A stretch of 63,979 nucleotides of DNA, counting the filler, from NCBI GenBank assembly GCA_964501035.1. It is 4 parts of 4 records of this genome, joined end to end, with 100 filler letters (N's around TTAATTAATTAA, not from the genome) between each part and the next. Parts side by side here need not be neighbours in the genome. Positions count along the whole stretch, not along the records: positions 20,867 to 41,544 come from CAZCRK010000024.1; 3 more parts are not named here. One strand, given 5' to 3'. Made by a program: the position numbers and the translations under genes. The notes under the pieces were generated by a model, which saw only the letters and a program-made list of their open reading frames with translations, was not told where the DNA came from and made no database searches. Of this stretch, positions 28,827-39,018 are shown in pieces; within the stretch, counting starts at the first letter, position 1, and each line of letters opens with the position of its first letter.

Positions 28827-31541
28827 TTAATGCGCTTCATACCAATTATCTCCAATATTCCAATCTACAATTAGCGGAACATCCAAATCCATAGCATTTT
28901 CCATTTCATAAACAACCATTTTAGAAACTTGATCAACTTCATGTTCCGGAACTTCAAATAATAATTCATCGTGAATTTGTAAAATCATTTTAGTTTCTAG
29001 CTGTTGTTCTATCAATTTGTTTTGGATTCGAATCATAGCAATTTTTATCAAATCTGCAGCTGTGCCCTGGATCGGCATGTTAATTGTTGCACGTTCTTCA
29101 GCTTGTACGATATTTTTATTGGATACCATTAAATTTTGCGTATTTCTACGTCTTCCAGAGAGAGTTTTTACATAACCATTATCTCTAGCATCTTTCAAAG
29201 TATTTTCCATGTACTGTTTGATGCCTGGATATGTTTTAAAATAATTATCTATCAATTTTCGTGCATCAGTCATAGATATACCTAGTTCTTGAGACATTCG
29301 AAACGGTCCTGCTCCATACATTATCCCAAAGTTTACTACTTTTGCTGATCGCCTTTGGTCGGGAGTTACTTCATCTTCAGAAATTCCATTAACCAGTGAT
29401 GCAGTACGTCTATGAATATCAACACCATCAGTAAATGCTTTTAACAACTCTGGTTCCCCAGAAAAATGTGCCATTATTCGTAATTCTACTTGGGAATAAT
29501 CTGCAGATAGAATTTTACACCCCTGTTTTTCAGCAATAAATGCTTTCCGAATTTCTTTTCCAAGTTCTGTACGAATTGGAATGTTTTGAAAATTAGGTCT
29601 CGTACTTGACAACCTTCCTGTCGATGCAATGGTTTGATTCAACGAAGTATGGATTCTACCTGTTCTTGGGTTAACATGATTTGGGAATGCATCAACATAA
29701 GTAGATTTTAATTTTTTTACTTGACGATATTCTAAAATCTTTTCTGGTAATGGATGATGATATTTAAGCACCTCTAATACTTCAACTGCCGTACTACGTT
29801 TTTTAATGGGTTTAAGACCTAGTTCATCAAACAAGACTTCTGCTAACTGTTGAGGTGAGTTAATATTAAACTCATGTTCTACCATGTCATAAATAGATTC
29901 AACAATTGTATTGAGTTTTACTTCAAGTTTATCTGAGAAGTTTTTGAGAAAATCTAAATCTACAAATACTCCATTCTTTTCAATTTCTATCAATACAGGA
30001 ATCAAGGGTACTTCTATCATTTCAAATGCTTCAATGAGATTTTTTTCTTCTAAGTCTTTCTTTAAAACCTGTGTTAATGAATATGCAATATCAGCATCTT
30101 CATTAGCATAAAATGCTATATCTTTCAAGGGAACCTCAGCCATAGAAATCTGTTTTGCTCCTTTACCAATTAACTCCTCAATAGGTTTCATTTTGTATTG
30201 CAAATAATCTAATGAGAGGTGGTCAAGTTTTAAAGAATTCCTGTTCGGTTGAAGCATGTGGCCAGCAACCATACTATCGAATTTAATACCCTGTAACTGA
30301 ATGTTATAATTATGAAAAACTAATGCATCGTACTTAATATTCTGTCCGCATTTTGCAATTGTTGCATTTTCTAAAATTGGTTTCAATAATTCAAGAATAT
30401 TTTCTAGGTTAAATGGTGAAAACATATCAGGTAATTTTTCAGGATATTCAACGGGGATATACCAACCTTTGTTTTCTTTATTAGAAAACGAAACACCCAC
30501 AATTTCTGCTTCATGGGGAACAACACTGGTAGTTTCTAAATCAACTGAAATCAATGAAGAAGATGCAAGAATATCAACTAATTCTTTTAGTTCTTTAACC
30601 TCAGTAATTGTTTTATAACTTTTTTTAACCTTTTTAACTGGTTTGATTTCTTCACTTTTAAGAGGTTGATTGTTAATTTGTTTAATTAATGAATGCAGTT
30701 CCAAATCATTCATAGTGTCATTAAGAGAAACAATATCCATATCTTGTTTTACTAATTCTTCTAAATGCAACTCAATTGGCACATCGCAGTCGATAGTGAC
30801 TAATTCTTTTGAAAGATGTGCTAAATCATGACCATTTTTCAATCCATTATATACGCGTTTGTTTTTTATCTCCTCAGTATGGTCAATAATGGTTTCCATA
30901 TTTCCATATTCTAGTAATAATTTGACAGCTGTTTTTGCACCAATACCATCCACACCGGGAATATTATCCGAACTATCCCCAACCATGGCTAAATAATCTA
31001 TTATTTTAATGGGTTCTATACCCCATCTATCTTTTACTTTTTTTGGGTTATAAATGGTGGTTGGTTTAAAACGATTTCCGGGTGAATAAACAAAAACATG
31101 CTCTGTCACTAATTGCATCATATCTTTGTCTCCAGTAACAATGATAGTATCAAGTCCAGCTGATTCTGCTTGGCGAGATAAAGTCCCAATTATGTCATCT
31201 GCTTCAAACCCTGGCTTCTTAACCATTGGAATGTTCATTTGCTCTATTATTTTAAACAGTGGGTTAAGCTGTTCAACCAACTCTTCAGGCATTTTCTCAC
31301 GAGTTGCTTTGTATTCAGTATAAAGTTTGTGTCGAAATGTGGGTTCTTTGCAATCTAAAATAAATGCAAAGTAATCAGGGTTTTCCTCTCTAATCAACTT
31401 TAAAAGAGAGTTGACCACTCCATATATTGCAGAAGTATGACGTCCATCCTGAGTGATAAGCGGATTGTTAATCATTGCAAAATGTGCACGATAAATAAGT
31501 GCCATTCCATCAATTAAATATAATCGCTTAGGTGTAGTCAT
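28827..31541 (-). CDS. polA: DNA polymerase I
   Basis: LIDG..YRA, EADD, GDSSDNIPGV, DLET, ADYSQVELR, LQIHDEL. Confidence 0.97.
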   Translation of the reverse strand: MTTPKRLYLIDGMALIYRAHFAMINNPLITQDGRHTSAIYGVVNSLLKLIREENPDYFAFILDCKEPTFRHKLYTEYKATREKMPEELVEQLNPLFKIIEQMNIPMVKKPGFEADDIIGTLSRQAESAGLDTIIVTGDKDMMQLVTEHVFVYSPGNRFKPTTIYNPKKVKDRWGIEPIKIIDYLAMVGDSSDNIPGVDGIGAKTAVKLLLEYGNMETIIDHTEEIKNKRVYNGLKNGHDLAHLSKELVTIDCDVPIELHLEELVKQDMDIVSLNDTMNDLELHSLIKQINNQPLKSEEIKPVKKVKKSYKTITEVKELKELVDILASSSLISVDLETTSVVPHEAEIVGVSFSNKENKGWYIPVEYPEKLPDMFSPFNLENILELLKPILENATIAKCGQNIKYDALVFHNYNIQLQGIKFDSMVAGHMLQPNRNSLKLDHLSLDYLQYKMKPIEELIGKGAKQISMAEVPLKDIAFYANEDADIAYSLTQVLKKDLEEKNLIEAFEMIEVPLIPVLIEIEKNGVFVDLDFLKNFSDKLEVKLNTIVESIYDMVEHEFNINSPQQLAEVLFDELGLKPIKKRSTAVEVLEVLKYHHPLPEKILEYRQVKKLKSTYVDAFPNHVNPRTGRIHTSLNQTIASTGRLSSTRPNFQNIPIRTELGKEIRKAFIAEKQGCKILSADYSQVELRIMAHFSGEPELLKAFTDGVDIHRRTASLVNGISEDEVTPDQRRSAKVVNFGIMYGAGPFRMSQELGISMTDARKLIDNYFKTYPGIKQYMENTLKDARDNGYVKTLSGRRRNTQNLMVSNKNIVQAEERATINMPIQGTAADLIKIAMIRIQNKLIEQQLETKMILQIHDELLFEVPEHEVDQVSKMVVYEMENAMDLDVPLIVDWNIGDNWYEAH

Positions 31542-31694
31542 TAATTCCGTGTAGAAATGGTGTGAAACATGTGTGAAAGTTTACTGTAAACCAATAACTC
31601 TCACCAATGATAATTTGGTTAATTTTTATTGAAAAAATTAATGTTTAGTTATAGCAAACAAAAAAATATTCTGAAAAGATTTACTTAAAACTAG

Positions 31695-32693
31695 CTATTC
31701 GTTTTCAATTCCCATGAATGCTTTAACACCCAATTCTATTTCTTCACGCACACTATCATTTTCTTGTAGGAAACGCTTTGAGTTTTCTCGCCCTTGGCCT
31801 ATTTTTTCATCATTATACGAGAACCATGCCCCCATTTTTTTAACGACGTTGGCTTTCACTGCTAAGTCAAGCAAATCACCTTCATAGGATATACCTAATC
31901 CATACATAATATCAAACTCAGTGACTTTAAATGGAGGTGCTACTTTATTTTTAACCACTTTAACACGTGTTTTATTTCCAATGACTTGATCGCCATCTTT
32001 AATTTGTGCAATACGTCTAATATCTAATCGTAACGATGAGTAAAACTTAAGCGCATTACCACCAGTTGTTGTCTCAGGGTTACCAAACATAACACCAATT
32101 TTTTGTCGTAGTTGATTGATGAATATAACTGAAGTTCTTGACTTTGCTACCGTACCTGTTAACTTGCGCAATGCTTGTGACATCAAGCGTGCTTGAAGCC
32201 CCATGTGTGAATCGCCCATATCTCCATCTAATTCAGATTTAGGAACCAGAGCAGCAACGGAGTCAACAACAATTACGTCTAAAGCACCACTTCGCACTAA
32301 AGTTTCACAAATATCTAATGCTTGTTCGCCTGTATCAGGTTGGGAAATCAATAAATTTTCAGTGTCTACTCCTAGATTTTTTGCATAAACTGGATCCATT
32401 GCATGTTCTGCATCAATAAAAGCTGCATATCCACCTGCTTTTTGAGCTTCGGCAACAATATGTAATGTTAAGGTCGTTTTCCCAGATGATTCTGGTCCGT
32501 ATATCTCTATTACACGTCCTTTAGGAACACCGCCAATTCCAATTGCAGCATCTAGAGAAATAGAACCTGTTGAAATACTTTCAACATTCTTAACAGTACT
32601 TTCCCCCATTTTCATTATGGAGCCCTTACCGAACTGTTTCTCTATTTCATTAATTGCTAAATCTAAAGTTTTGTTATTTTTTGTATCTGCCAT
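31695..32693 (-). CDS. recA: Recombinase A
   Basis: [33 protein letters not shown]. Confidence 0.98.
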   Translation of the reverse strand: MADTKNNKTLDLAINEIEKQFGKGSIMKMGESTVKNVESISTGSISLDAAIGIGGVPKGRVIEIYGPESSGKTTLTLHIVAEAQKAGGYAAFIDAEHAMDPVYAKNLGVDTENLLISQPDTGEQALDICETLVRSGALDVIVVDSVAALVPKSELDGDMGDSHMGLQARLMSQALRKLTGTVAKSRTSVIFINQLRQKIGVMFGNPETTTGGNALKFYSSLRLDIRRIAQIKDGDQVIGNKTRVKVVKNKVAPPFKVTEFDIMYGLGISYEGDLLDLAVKANVVKKMGAWFSYNDEKIGQGRENSKRFLQENDSVREEIELGVKAFMGIENE

Positions 32694-32695
32694 GA

Positions 32696-33277
32696 TTAAA
32701 TCCTCTCTGTGTTAATTAGTTGGAACTTTGCTAACTCAGTATAAACTGCTCTTTCTGGAGTTAGTTGACTTTCATATAAATAAATTGAATTTACATCGAT
32801 TTCTACGGGTGAATATACTGTATTTAAAAAAGGATTACAATCAACTTTCCCAAAATCACTATTTTTTGGTACACGTGCTATGGTAATATGTGGTGTAAAG
32901 CTTGTTTTTGTTGTATTAATTTCAAATTTTGAAAGAACTTTGCTCAGTTGGCTATGTAAATTGATCAACTCAGATTCACCTTTTCTGATGCCTAACCAAA
33001 ATACATTTGGTGATTTTTGATTTGGAAATAAACCAGTACCTTCAATTGAAATAGTAAAAGGATTTTGAGTTAGTGCAGATTGTATGTTTTCAACTAAACT
33101 TGGAATTTGGTTTTCATTGAAATTTCCTATAAATGATATAGTTAAATGGATGCTTTTTCCAGAGACCCAACGTAAATTTTTATTGGGGTCTTCAACCATT
33201 GTTCTCATCATTGTGACTATATTAAACACAGAATTATATATTGGAATTCCTAAAAATATTCGTTTTGTTTTATCCAT
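32696..33277 (-). CDS. thpR: RNA 2',3'-cyclic phosphodiesterase (2H family)
   Basis: Two HxT motifs (HLTI, PHITIAR); between cinA and recA. Confidence 0.88.
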   Translation of the reverse strand: MDKTKRIFLGIPIYNSVFNIVTMMRTMVEDPNKNLRWVSGKSIHLTISFIGNFNENQIPSLVENIQSALTQNPFTISIEGTGLFPNQKSPNVFWLGIRKGESELINLHSQLSKVLSKFEINTTKTSFTPHITIARVPKNSDFGKVDCNPFLNTVYSPVEIDVNSIYLYESQLTPERAVYTELAKFQLINTERI

Positions 33278-34496
33278 GTATAAATTTCCTTACCATATTG
33301 ATTGCAGTTATTGCCGTCATTTCTCTATGTTCTTTTCGTGAAGGAATCATATTGAATTTTTTAACATATTGCTTTGAATCACTTGCGATAGCAATATATA
33401 CAATTCCTACTGGTTTCTCAACAGACCCACCACCAGGACCTGATATTCCTGTTGTTCCGATTCCAATATTTGATTCAGTTTTATTTTTTATCCCAATTGC
33501 CATAGCAAGTGCAACTTCTTCACTTACAGCTCCATTAGTTTTGATAATTTGAGGGTCAACTCCAGCAAGAGAATGTTTTAACGCGTTATTATAGGTAACT
33601 GCTCCACCATAAAAAAATCTTGAACTACCCGGAATATCTGTAAAATATTTTGCGATTAAGCCACCTGTACATGATTCAGCTGTTGCCAATGTCATATTAT
33701 GTTTTATCAAATTTTCTGATACTATTTTTGGCAATGTGTCATTATCAATTCCATAAGCATAATGAGTTAATTTAGAATAAATTGTTTTTACAATTTCATT
33801 AAAATTACCATCAAACGATTCATTTTTTTTAAGTCGAACGCTAACACCTGTGTAATGGGGTAAAAAAGCAAATGAGCATTTATTTTTATACAGTTTAATA
33901 GAATCTGTTAGCAAGTCTGATAGTTTACTTTCGATTATTCCTGTAGTTTTAATCGTTGTAATATTATTGGTTTTGTTACGTCGGATATATTTAGGAATAA
34001 TTTCTTTTTTAACCATTGTTTTCATCTCACGTGGTACTCCTGGTAACACAAATATATGAGAATCATTAAGGTCAAATTTCATTCCGAGTGCAGTACCGTT
34101 GTGATTAACAATTGATTCTGCTTTGTCTAATACTACTGCTTGTGATTCATTGTTTGCTGGCATTTCTAATCCACGTTTTTGAAATTTTGTTTCCAATTCT
34201 TTCAAATAGCTTTTATCTAAAACAGACTTTGCTTGAAACACTTGTTTAACAGCTTCTTTTGTAATATCATCATGAGTTGGACCTAAACCACCTGTTACAA
34301 AAATATAATTATAATTATCATTTAATGTAGATTTAATTGTTGTTTTGATATCATTTAGCTTATCCCCAATTGTAATTTTATGAACCGTTTGAATATTGTA
34401 AGGTAGTAACGTTTGGGCAATCCAAGCTGAATTAGTATCTAAAGTAAATCCTTGCAATAGTTCATCACCAATAGTAATTATGCAAGCTGTTAACAT
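33270..34496 (-). CDS. cinA: Competence/damage-inducible protein CinA with NMN deamidase domain
   Basis: IGDELLQG..DTN, GGLGPTHDDIT, PGVPREM, AESCTGG. Confidence 0.93.
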   Translation of the reverse strand: MLTACIITIGDELLQGFTLDTNSAWIAQTLLPYNIQTVHKITIGDKLNDIKTTIKSTLNDNYNYIFVTGGLGPTHDDITKEAVKQVFQAKSVLDKSYLKELETKFQKRGLEMPANNESQAVVLDKAESIVNHNGTALGMKFDLNDSHIFVLPGVPREMKTMVKKEIIPKYIRRNKTNNITTIKTTGIIESKLSDLLTDSIKLYKNKCSFAFLPHYTGVSVRLKKNESFDGNFNEIVKTIYSKLTHYAYGIDNDTLPKIVSENLIKHNMTLATAESCTGGLIAKYFTDIPGSSRFFYGGAVTYNNALKHSLAGVDPQIIKTNGAVSEEVALAMAIGIKNKTESNIGIGTTGISGPGGGSVEKPVGIVYIAIASDSKQYVKKFNMIPSRKEHREMTAITAINMVRKFIHG

Positions 34497-34933
34497 ACAG
34501 TCGTTAACCCAAAAACTATAAACCAAGTAAAAATACCTGCAAGTACATCATCTAGCATGATACCCCATTCCCTTGATAAGCTTTGAGAATCATGTATAAT
34601 AGACGGTTTGAAAATATCAAATATTCTAAACAAAACAAACGCTGAGATCACTAACACAATTTCTTGGGGAATGAAAAGTAATGCTATCCACATACCCACT
34701 ACTTCATCAATAACAACTTCAGAAGGGTCAGAATTTCCAAGTTCTTGTATCATAGCTTTGGAGGTAATCAAGCCAATCACAAACGTAATTATGATTAGTG
34801 AAATTTGTAAAAGAACATTCGTAGGTAGAAGTAACCAAATAATGAGTGCACCTAAACTACCCATAGTACCTGGCATAAATGGTATTTTCCCTAAATAGAA
34901 CCATGTACTAAGTAAAACAAAAAGACGTTTCAT
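34490..34933 (-). CDS. pgpA: Phosphatidylglycerophosphatase A
   Basis: PGTMGS, DPSEVVIDEVVG, FRIFDIFKP, GIMLDD. Confidence 0.92.
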   Translation of the reverse strand: MKRLFVLLSTWFYLGKIPFMPGTMGSLGALIIWLLLPTNVLLQISLIIITFVIGLITSKAMIQELGNSDPSEVVIDEVVGMWIALLFIPQEIVLVISAFVLFRIFDIFKPSIIHDSQSLSREWGIMLDDVLAGIFTWFIVFGLTTVC

Positions 34934-35526
34934 TATTGGAAAAACAATTTTTTTATAGTTTTAAAATTAAAATAGAAATAGTGTATTCCAGTATAAAATG
35001 TCACAAAAGTAGTAAGGAGCATTAGAAACAATACAACATGATAGTCTATCATAAAGTTTGAAGTTGAAATGTTATACGCCTGCATAGTGAGAAAAATAAG
35101 GATCAAAATTATAGTAGATATTTGAATTGTTGTTTTCCATTTACCTACTTTACTTGTAATCATAGTAATGCCCTTATATTGCATGAGCATTCTCAACAAA
35201 GTAATCAAAATATCTCGAAAAGAAATTAATATTAACATCCATAAAAATATTTGCCCCTGTAAAGTGGGTATGTACAAAAATGAAAAGAATGCTGAGAGAA
35301 CTAACAATTTATCGGCAAGAGGGTCAAGAAAAACACCAACTTTTGAAATTATATTATATTTTCTGGCAATTTTACCATCAAAAGCATCAGTAATTGATGC
35401 AATAACAAACACACAAAGTGCAATAAGCTTACTATGTGTAACGCCAGAAAAAAGAAAGTAGATAAATACTGGAGTCAGTAGAATTCTAGATGTGGATAAA
35501 ATATTTGGTACAAATCTAATTGGCAT
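34933..35526 (-). CDS. pgsA: CDP-diacylglycerol--glycerol-3-phosphate phosphatidyltransferase
   Basis: PNILS..R, TDAFDGKIARK..G..LDPLADK. Confidence 0.9.
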   Translation of the reverse strand: MPIRFVPNILSTSRILLTPVFIYFLFSGVTHSKLIALCVFVIASITDAFDGKIARKYNIISKVGVFLDPLADKLLVLSAFFSFLYIPTLQGQIFLWMLILISFRDILITLLRMLMQYKGITMITSKVGKWKTTIQISTIILILIFLTMQAYNISTSNFMIDYHVVLFLMLLTTFVTFYTGIHYFYFNFKTIKKLFFQ

Positions 35527-36119
35527 TAGTGCAAATCAATTCGTTCTTTTAAAGATCGTGAAAGTGTTGCATCATCTACATATTCTAAATTTCCGCCGAC
35601 AGGTACCCCACGAGCTAACCGTGTTACTTTGACATCAAGTACTGATAATAATTTCGAAATATACAATGCGGTTGCATCACCCTCTAATGTTGAATTTGTG
35701 GCAACAATTACTTCTTCCACATCTTTTACTCTGTCAATAAAACCATCAAAATGAAGTTGGTCTGGTCCTACACCATCAAGCGGTGAAATAACACCTCCCA
35801 ATACATGATACAACCCTTGAAAACCAGTTTTCTCCAGTAAGAAAATATCTGAGGGCTCTTCGACAATGCAAATAGTATTCGGATCCCTACGTGAGTTTGC
35901 ACAAATCACGCATACATCTGCTTCGGAAAAGTTGTGACATCGGGAACAGAACTGAATATTTTCTTTCACTTTTAATAATGATTCAGAAAATTCTTGAATT
36001 AACTCTCCCTCTGCTTTAATGATATGAAAACCTAAACGTTGGGCTGTTTTTTTACCAATCCCAGGCAACCTTTCAAAACATTGTATTAAGTTTTCAAGTG
36101 ACTCTGGTAGTCCGTTCAT
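35526..36119 (-). CDS. recR: Recombination mediator RecR
   Basis: LPGIGKKTAQRL, C4 zinc finger, YHVLGG, toprim EGDATA. Confidence 0.95.
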   Translation of the reverse strand: MNGLPESLENLIQCFERLPGIGKKTAQRLGFHIIKAEGELIQEFSESLLKVKENIQFCSRCHNFSEADVCVICANSRRDPNTICIVEEPSDIFLLEKTGFQGLYHVLGGVISPLDGVGPDQLHFDGFIDRVKDVEEVIVATNSTLEGDATALYISKLLSVLDVKVTRLARGVPVGGNLEYVDDATLSRSLKERIDLH

Positions 36120-36433
36120 TACATCCCAGGAATATTTAAACCACCTGTAATTGAAGACATTTTACTTTCTGCTGCTTTCTCAGCATTTTGTAAACCTTGA
36201 TTTACCGCGGATAATACTAAATCTTCAATCATTTCTTTGTCTTCTTCTAAAATTTCTGGGTCAATTTCAATTGAAACTAAATTCTTTTTCCCATTGACAA
36301 CAACATTGACCATGCCGCCCCCTGCTTGACCTTCAACCGTTAAATCAGTTAATTCATCTTGAGCTTTAGCCATTTTAGCCTGCATTTCTTGTGCCTGCTT
36401 CATTAATTTACCCATTCCACCTTTTGGAAACAT
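36119..36433 (-). CDS. ybaB: YbaB/EbfC nucleoid-associated protein
   Basis: MKQAQEMQ, GQAGGGMV, EDLVLSAVN; dnaX-ybaB-recR order. Confidence 0.93.
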   Translation of the reverse strand: MFPKGGMGKLMKQAQEMQAKMAKAQDELTDLTVEGQAGGGMVNVVVNGKKNLVSIEIDPEILEEDKEMIEDLVLSAVNQGLQNAEKAAESKMSSITGGLNIPGM

Positions 36434-36441
36434 AATTTCTC

Positions 36442-38046
36442 CTATCTTAAAATTTCACCTTCGAATGTTTCTAATACTTTCATTAACAAGGGATGATCTT
36501 GTTCTTCACTTTTTTTTTCTTCTGTACTTGTTGAATTTGATGTTTGTTTTACTGTGTATTTAACAAACATTTTTGCACCAAAAATTGTAGATAATATTTT
36601 TTCAATTTTATCATTATCTTTTTCAAGACTTTTAATTTGAAAGCTATGACCATCTTCTAACTCAATAAATAAAGTTGAATTTTTATAATCTTTAACAACA
36701 GCTCCGTCAAGAAAATGAATAATTTTTGAATTTACTGTTTCAATTCCTGCTAAAATTTCATCCCATTTTTCTGTAAAATCAGTTAACTTTAACTCAACTG
36801 GTTTCGGAGAAACATTAACATTACCTACTTCTTCTTTTACCTTTGCAACTTTTGGGGTTTTTGGAGGTGCAATTTGAGTTGGAGTTTGTACTGGTTTTAC
36901 GTTTGGTTTAGATTTTGCATCAAGTGTTTCTTGCCCACTTAATACACGAGTTATTGTGACAGATGTATCCATGGAAGCTAATTTTATAAACAAAGAATCC
37001 AATGCAATTCTAGGTTGTTGAACATACTTTAACTTTGCTTCAAACTGCAAAACCATTTCAAGAATTCGCAAAAAGTCTGTATCTGATAAAGTGCAATTAC
37101 TACTCACTACCCAATCTAAAGACTCCTTTGAAAAATGAGTATTTGCATCTTGTCCTACTTTCAAAGATAAACAATCACGTAGGAAATTATTAAATCCAGA
37201 AATTAAATCTGAAATAGCATATCCAGAGTCAATTACATCATTTAATGTGGATAATATTTCAGATTTTGAACCATTTGAAATGCATTTTAATAACGAAAGA
37301 AACAATGAATCATGAATAACACCTAATGCATCTCGAACAATTTCATCATCTAGATTGTTGTCGGAATAAGCAATCACTTGGTCTAACAAACTTAGAGAAT
37401 CACGTAAACTGCCATCCGCTTTTACTGCAATCAATTCCAAAGCAGAGAAACTGCTTTCAATTTTTTCAAATGTAAGTATATTTTCAAGATGTGATACGAT
37501 ATTTTTAACCGATACACGTTTGAAATCGAATCGTTGAGTACGAGATAAAATAGTTTGAGGCACTTTATGTGGATCTGTTGTCGCCATCATAAATATTGCA
37601 TGAGGAGGTGGCTCTTCAAGAGTCTTCAATAGTGCATTAAAGGCTTCTTTTGTAAGCATGTGTACTTCATCAATGATATAAATTCTGTATTTGCTAGAAT
37701 TAGGTGGATATTTAATTGCTTCCCGAAGTTCTCTAATCTCATCTATCCCTCGATTAGAAGCTCCATCTAATTCTTGTACATCTAAACTCCGTCCACCTGT
37801 TATTTCTGAGCAATTTCGACACTCACCGCATGGATTGTTATCTTTGTTTTGCAAACAATTCAGGGCTTTTGCTAGGATGCGGGCTGTAGTTGTTTTGCCA
37901 ACTCCACGGGGACCAGAAAAAATATAACTATGTGCTACACGATCAATTCGTATAGCATTTTCTAATGTACGAGTAACATGTTGTTGCCCTACGACATCGT
38001 CAAATATTTGTGGTCTATATTTTCTAGATAATACTGTATAACTCAT
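36442..38046 (-). CDS. dnaX: DNA polymerase III subunit gamma/tau
   Basis: RKYRPQ, GPRGVGKTT, IIDEVHML, NALLKTLEEPP. Confidence 0.96.
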   Translation of the reverse strand: MSYTVLSRKYRPQIFDDVVGQQHVTRTLENAIRIDRVAHSYIFSGPRGVGKTTTARILAKALNCLQNKDNNPCGECRNCSEITGGRSLDVQELDGASNRGIDEIRELREAIKYPPNSSKYRIYIIDEVHMLTKEAFNALLKTLEEPPPHAIFMMATTDPHKVPQTILSRTQRFDFKRVSVKNIVSHLENILTFEKIESSFSALELIAVKADGSLRDSLSLLDQVIAYSDNNLDDEIVRDALGVIHDSLFLSLLKCISNGSKSEILSTLNDVIDSGYAISDLISGFNNFLRDCLSLKVGQDANTHFSKESLDWVVSSNCTLSDTDFLRILEMVLQFEAKLKYVQQPRIALDSLFIKLASMDTSVTITRVLSGQETLDAKSKPNVKPVQTPTQIAPPKTPKVAKVKEEVGNVNVSPKPVELKLTDFTEKWDEILAGIETVNSKIIHFLDGAVVKDYKNSTLFIELEDGHSFQIKSLEKDNDKIEKILSTIFGAKMFVKYTVKQTSNSTSTEEKKSEEQDHPLLMKVLETFEGEILR

Positions 38047-38084
38047 ATTTTTTGCATTCTCACAACGCTTTGATTATCAAAATA

Positions 38085-38350
38085 TTGTGCACCGCTGGTT
38101 GAATTTTCTGTTCATTTATCTTTTCATACAGCTAGCTCACAATCAGTAATCTACGGCACATATAAAATATTCTTGCCGCTGCTTCCTTCCAGACCTGACG
38201 GGATTCAGAACAATTATATTGCGTAAAGCTGAAAGTATCAACACCGCTTATATAAGCATATAAACTCAGCAAAACTCGCCCAGCGGGATTCAACCCTGCA
38301 TATAGCGGATTTCAGGCAACAGGAGACCGCTAGCTTCCCGTCTAGCACAT
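38085..38350 (-). ncRNA. ffs: Signal recognition particle RNA, long form with Alu domain
   Basis: Minus strand: 5' GTGCTAGACGGGAAGCTAGCGGTCTCCTGT..AATCCGCTATATGCAGGG (Alu-like); S domain CCGTCAGGTCTGGAAGGAAGCAGCGG; upstream of dnaX; ends approximate. Confidence 0.9.
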
Positions 38351-38417
38351 ATTATTCTATCAAAAATCGAAGTTTATAATTTACATGTATTCTATTGTAC
38401 AAATAAACATTGGGAAA

Positions 38418-38816
38418 TTATTTTTTCTTCTTTTTTTTCTGATTTTCTTCATAATCACTGATATACTTGGGAATGTTTTTATCATCCTTAGATTCTGATG
38501 GATTTGGGGAGGATTCTTTTTTTGTTTCTGCAACTAAACCTTGTTTTGAATATTCATCAGCCTTTTTTAATTGTGAGGCATGTTTTTTAAAAGTGGAATT
38601 TAGAATTTCATTCACATCAGAATTAAAATCTGAAATAGTTTTTTCTATTCTTCTTTCTAACTCATCTAAGACTATTGGTCCGTACGTATTACCAATTGTT
38701 TCCATCATTTCATCCATTTGGATTAACAATTTTCCACGTTTATCATTAGCTGGAGAAATTGTATTTGATGTCTCTTGACTTTTTTTTGTTTTTGGTTTTG
38801 ATTTTATTCGTACCAT
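38418..38816 (-). CDS. Hypothetical protein
   Basis: 132-aa ORF with AGGAG RBS, coupled to upstream gene. Confidence 0.65.
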   Translation of the reverse strand: MVRIKSKPKTKKSQETSNTISPANDKRGKLLIQMDEMMETIGNTYGPIVLDELERRIEKTISDFNSDVNEILNSTFKKHASQLKKADEYSKQGLVAETKKESSPNPSESKDDKNIPKYISDYEENQKKKKKK

Positions 38817-38817
38817 T

Positions 38818-39018
38818 TCACTCTCCTACTTTTCGCTTGAATAATGCACCAAAAATAATTAATGCACTACCAAATCCTAAAACGGGTGCTGAAACATATA
38901 CCCAATATACAATATTAACTTCTCGATGAACATAGTATCCTAAAATATAGCCAACTGATAAGCCAATTAGACTCATGCCTGCCATGATTGTTGCAAATGA
39001 AACAAAACCCAATTTCAT
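38818..39018 (-). CDS. Small two-helix membrane protein
   Basis: Two hydrophobic segments; start overlaps upstream stop. Confidence 0.6.
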   Translation of the reverse strand: MKLGFVSFATIMAGMSLIGLSVGYILGYYVHREVNIVYWVYVSAPVLGFGSALIIFGALFKRKVGE

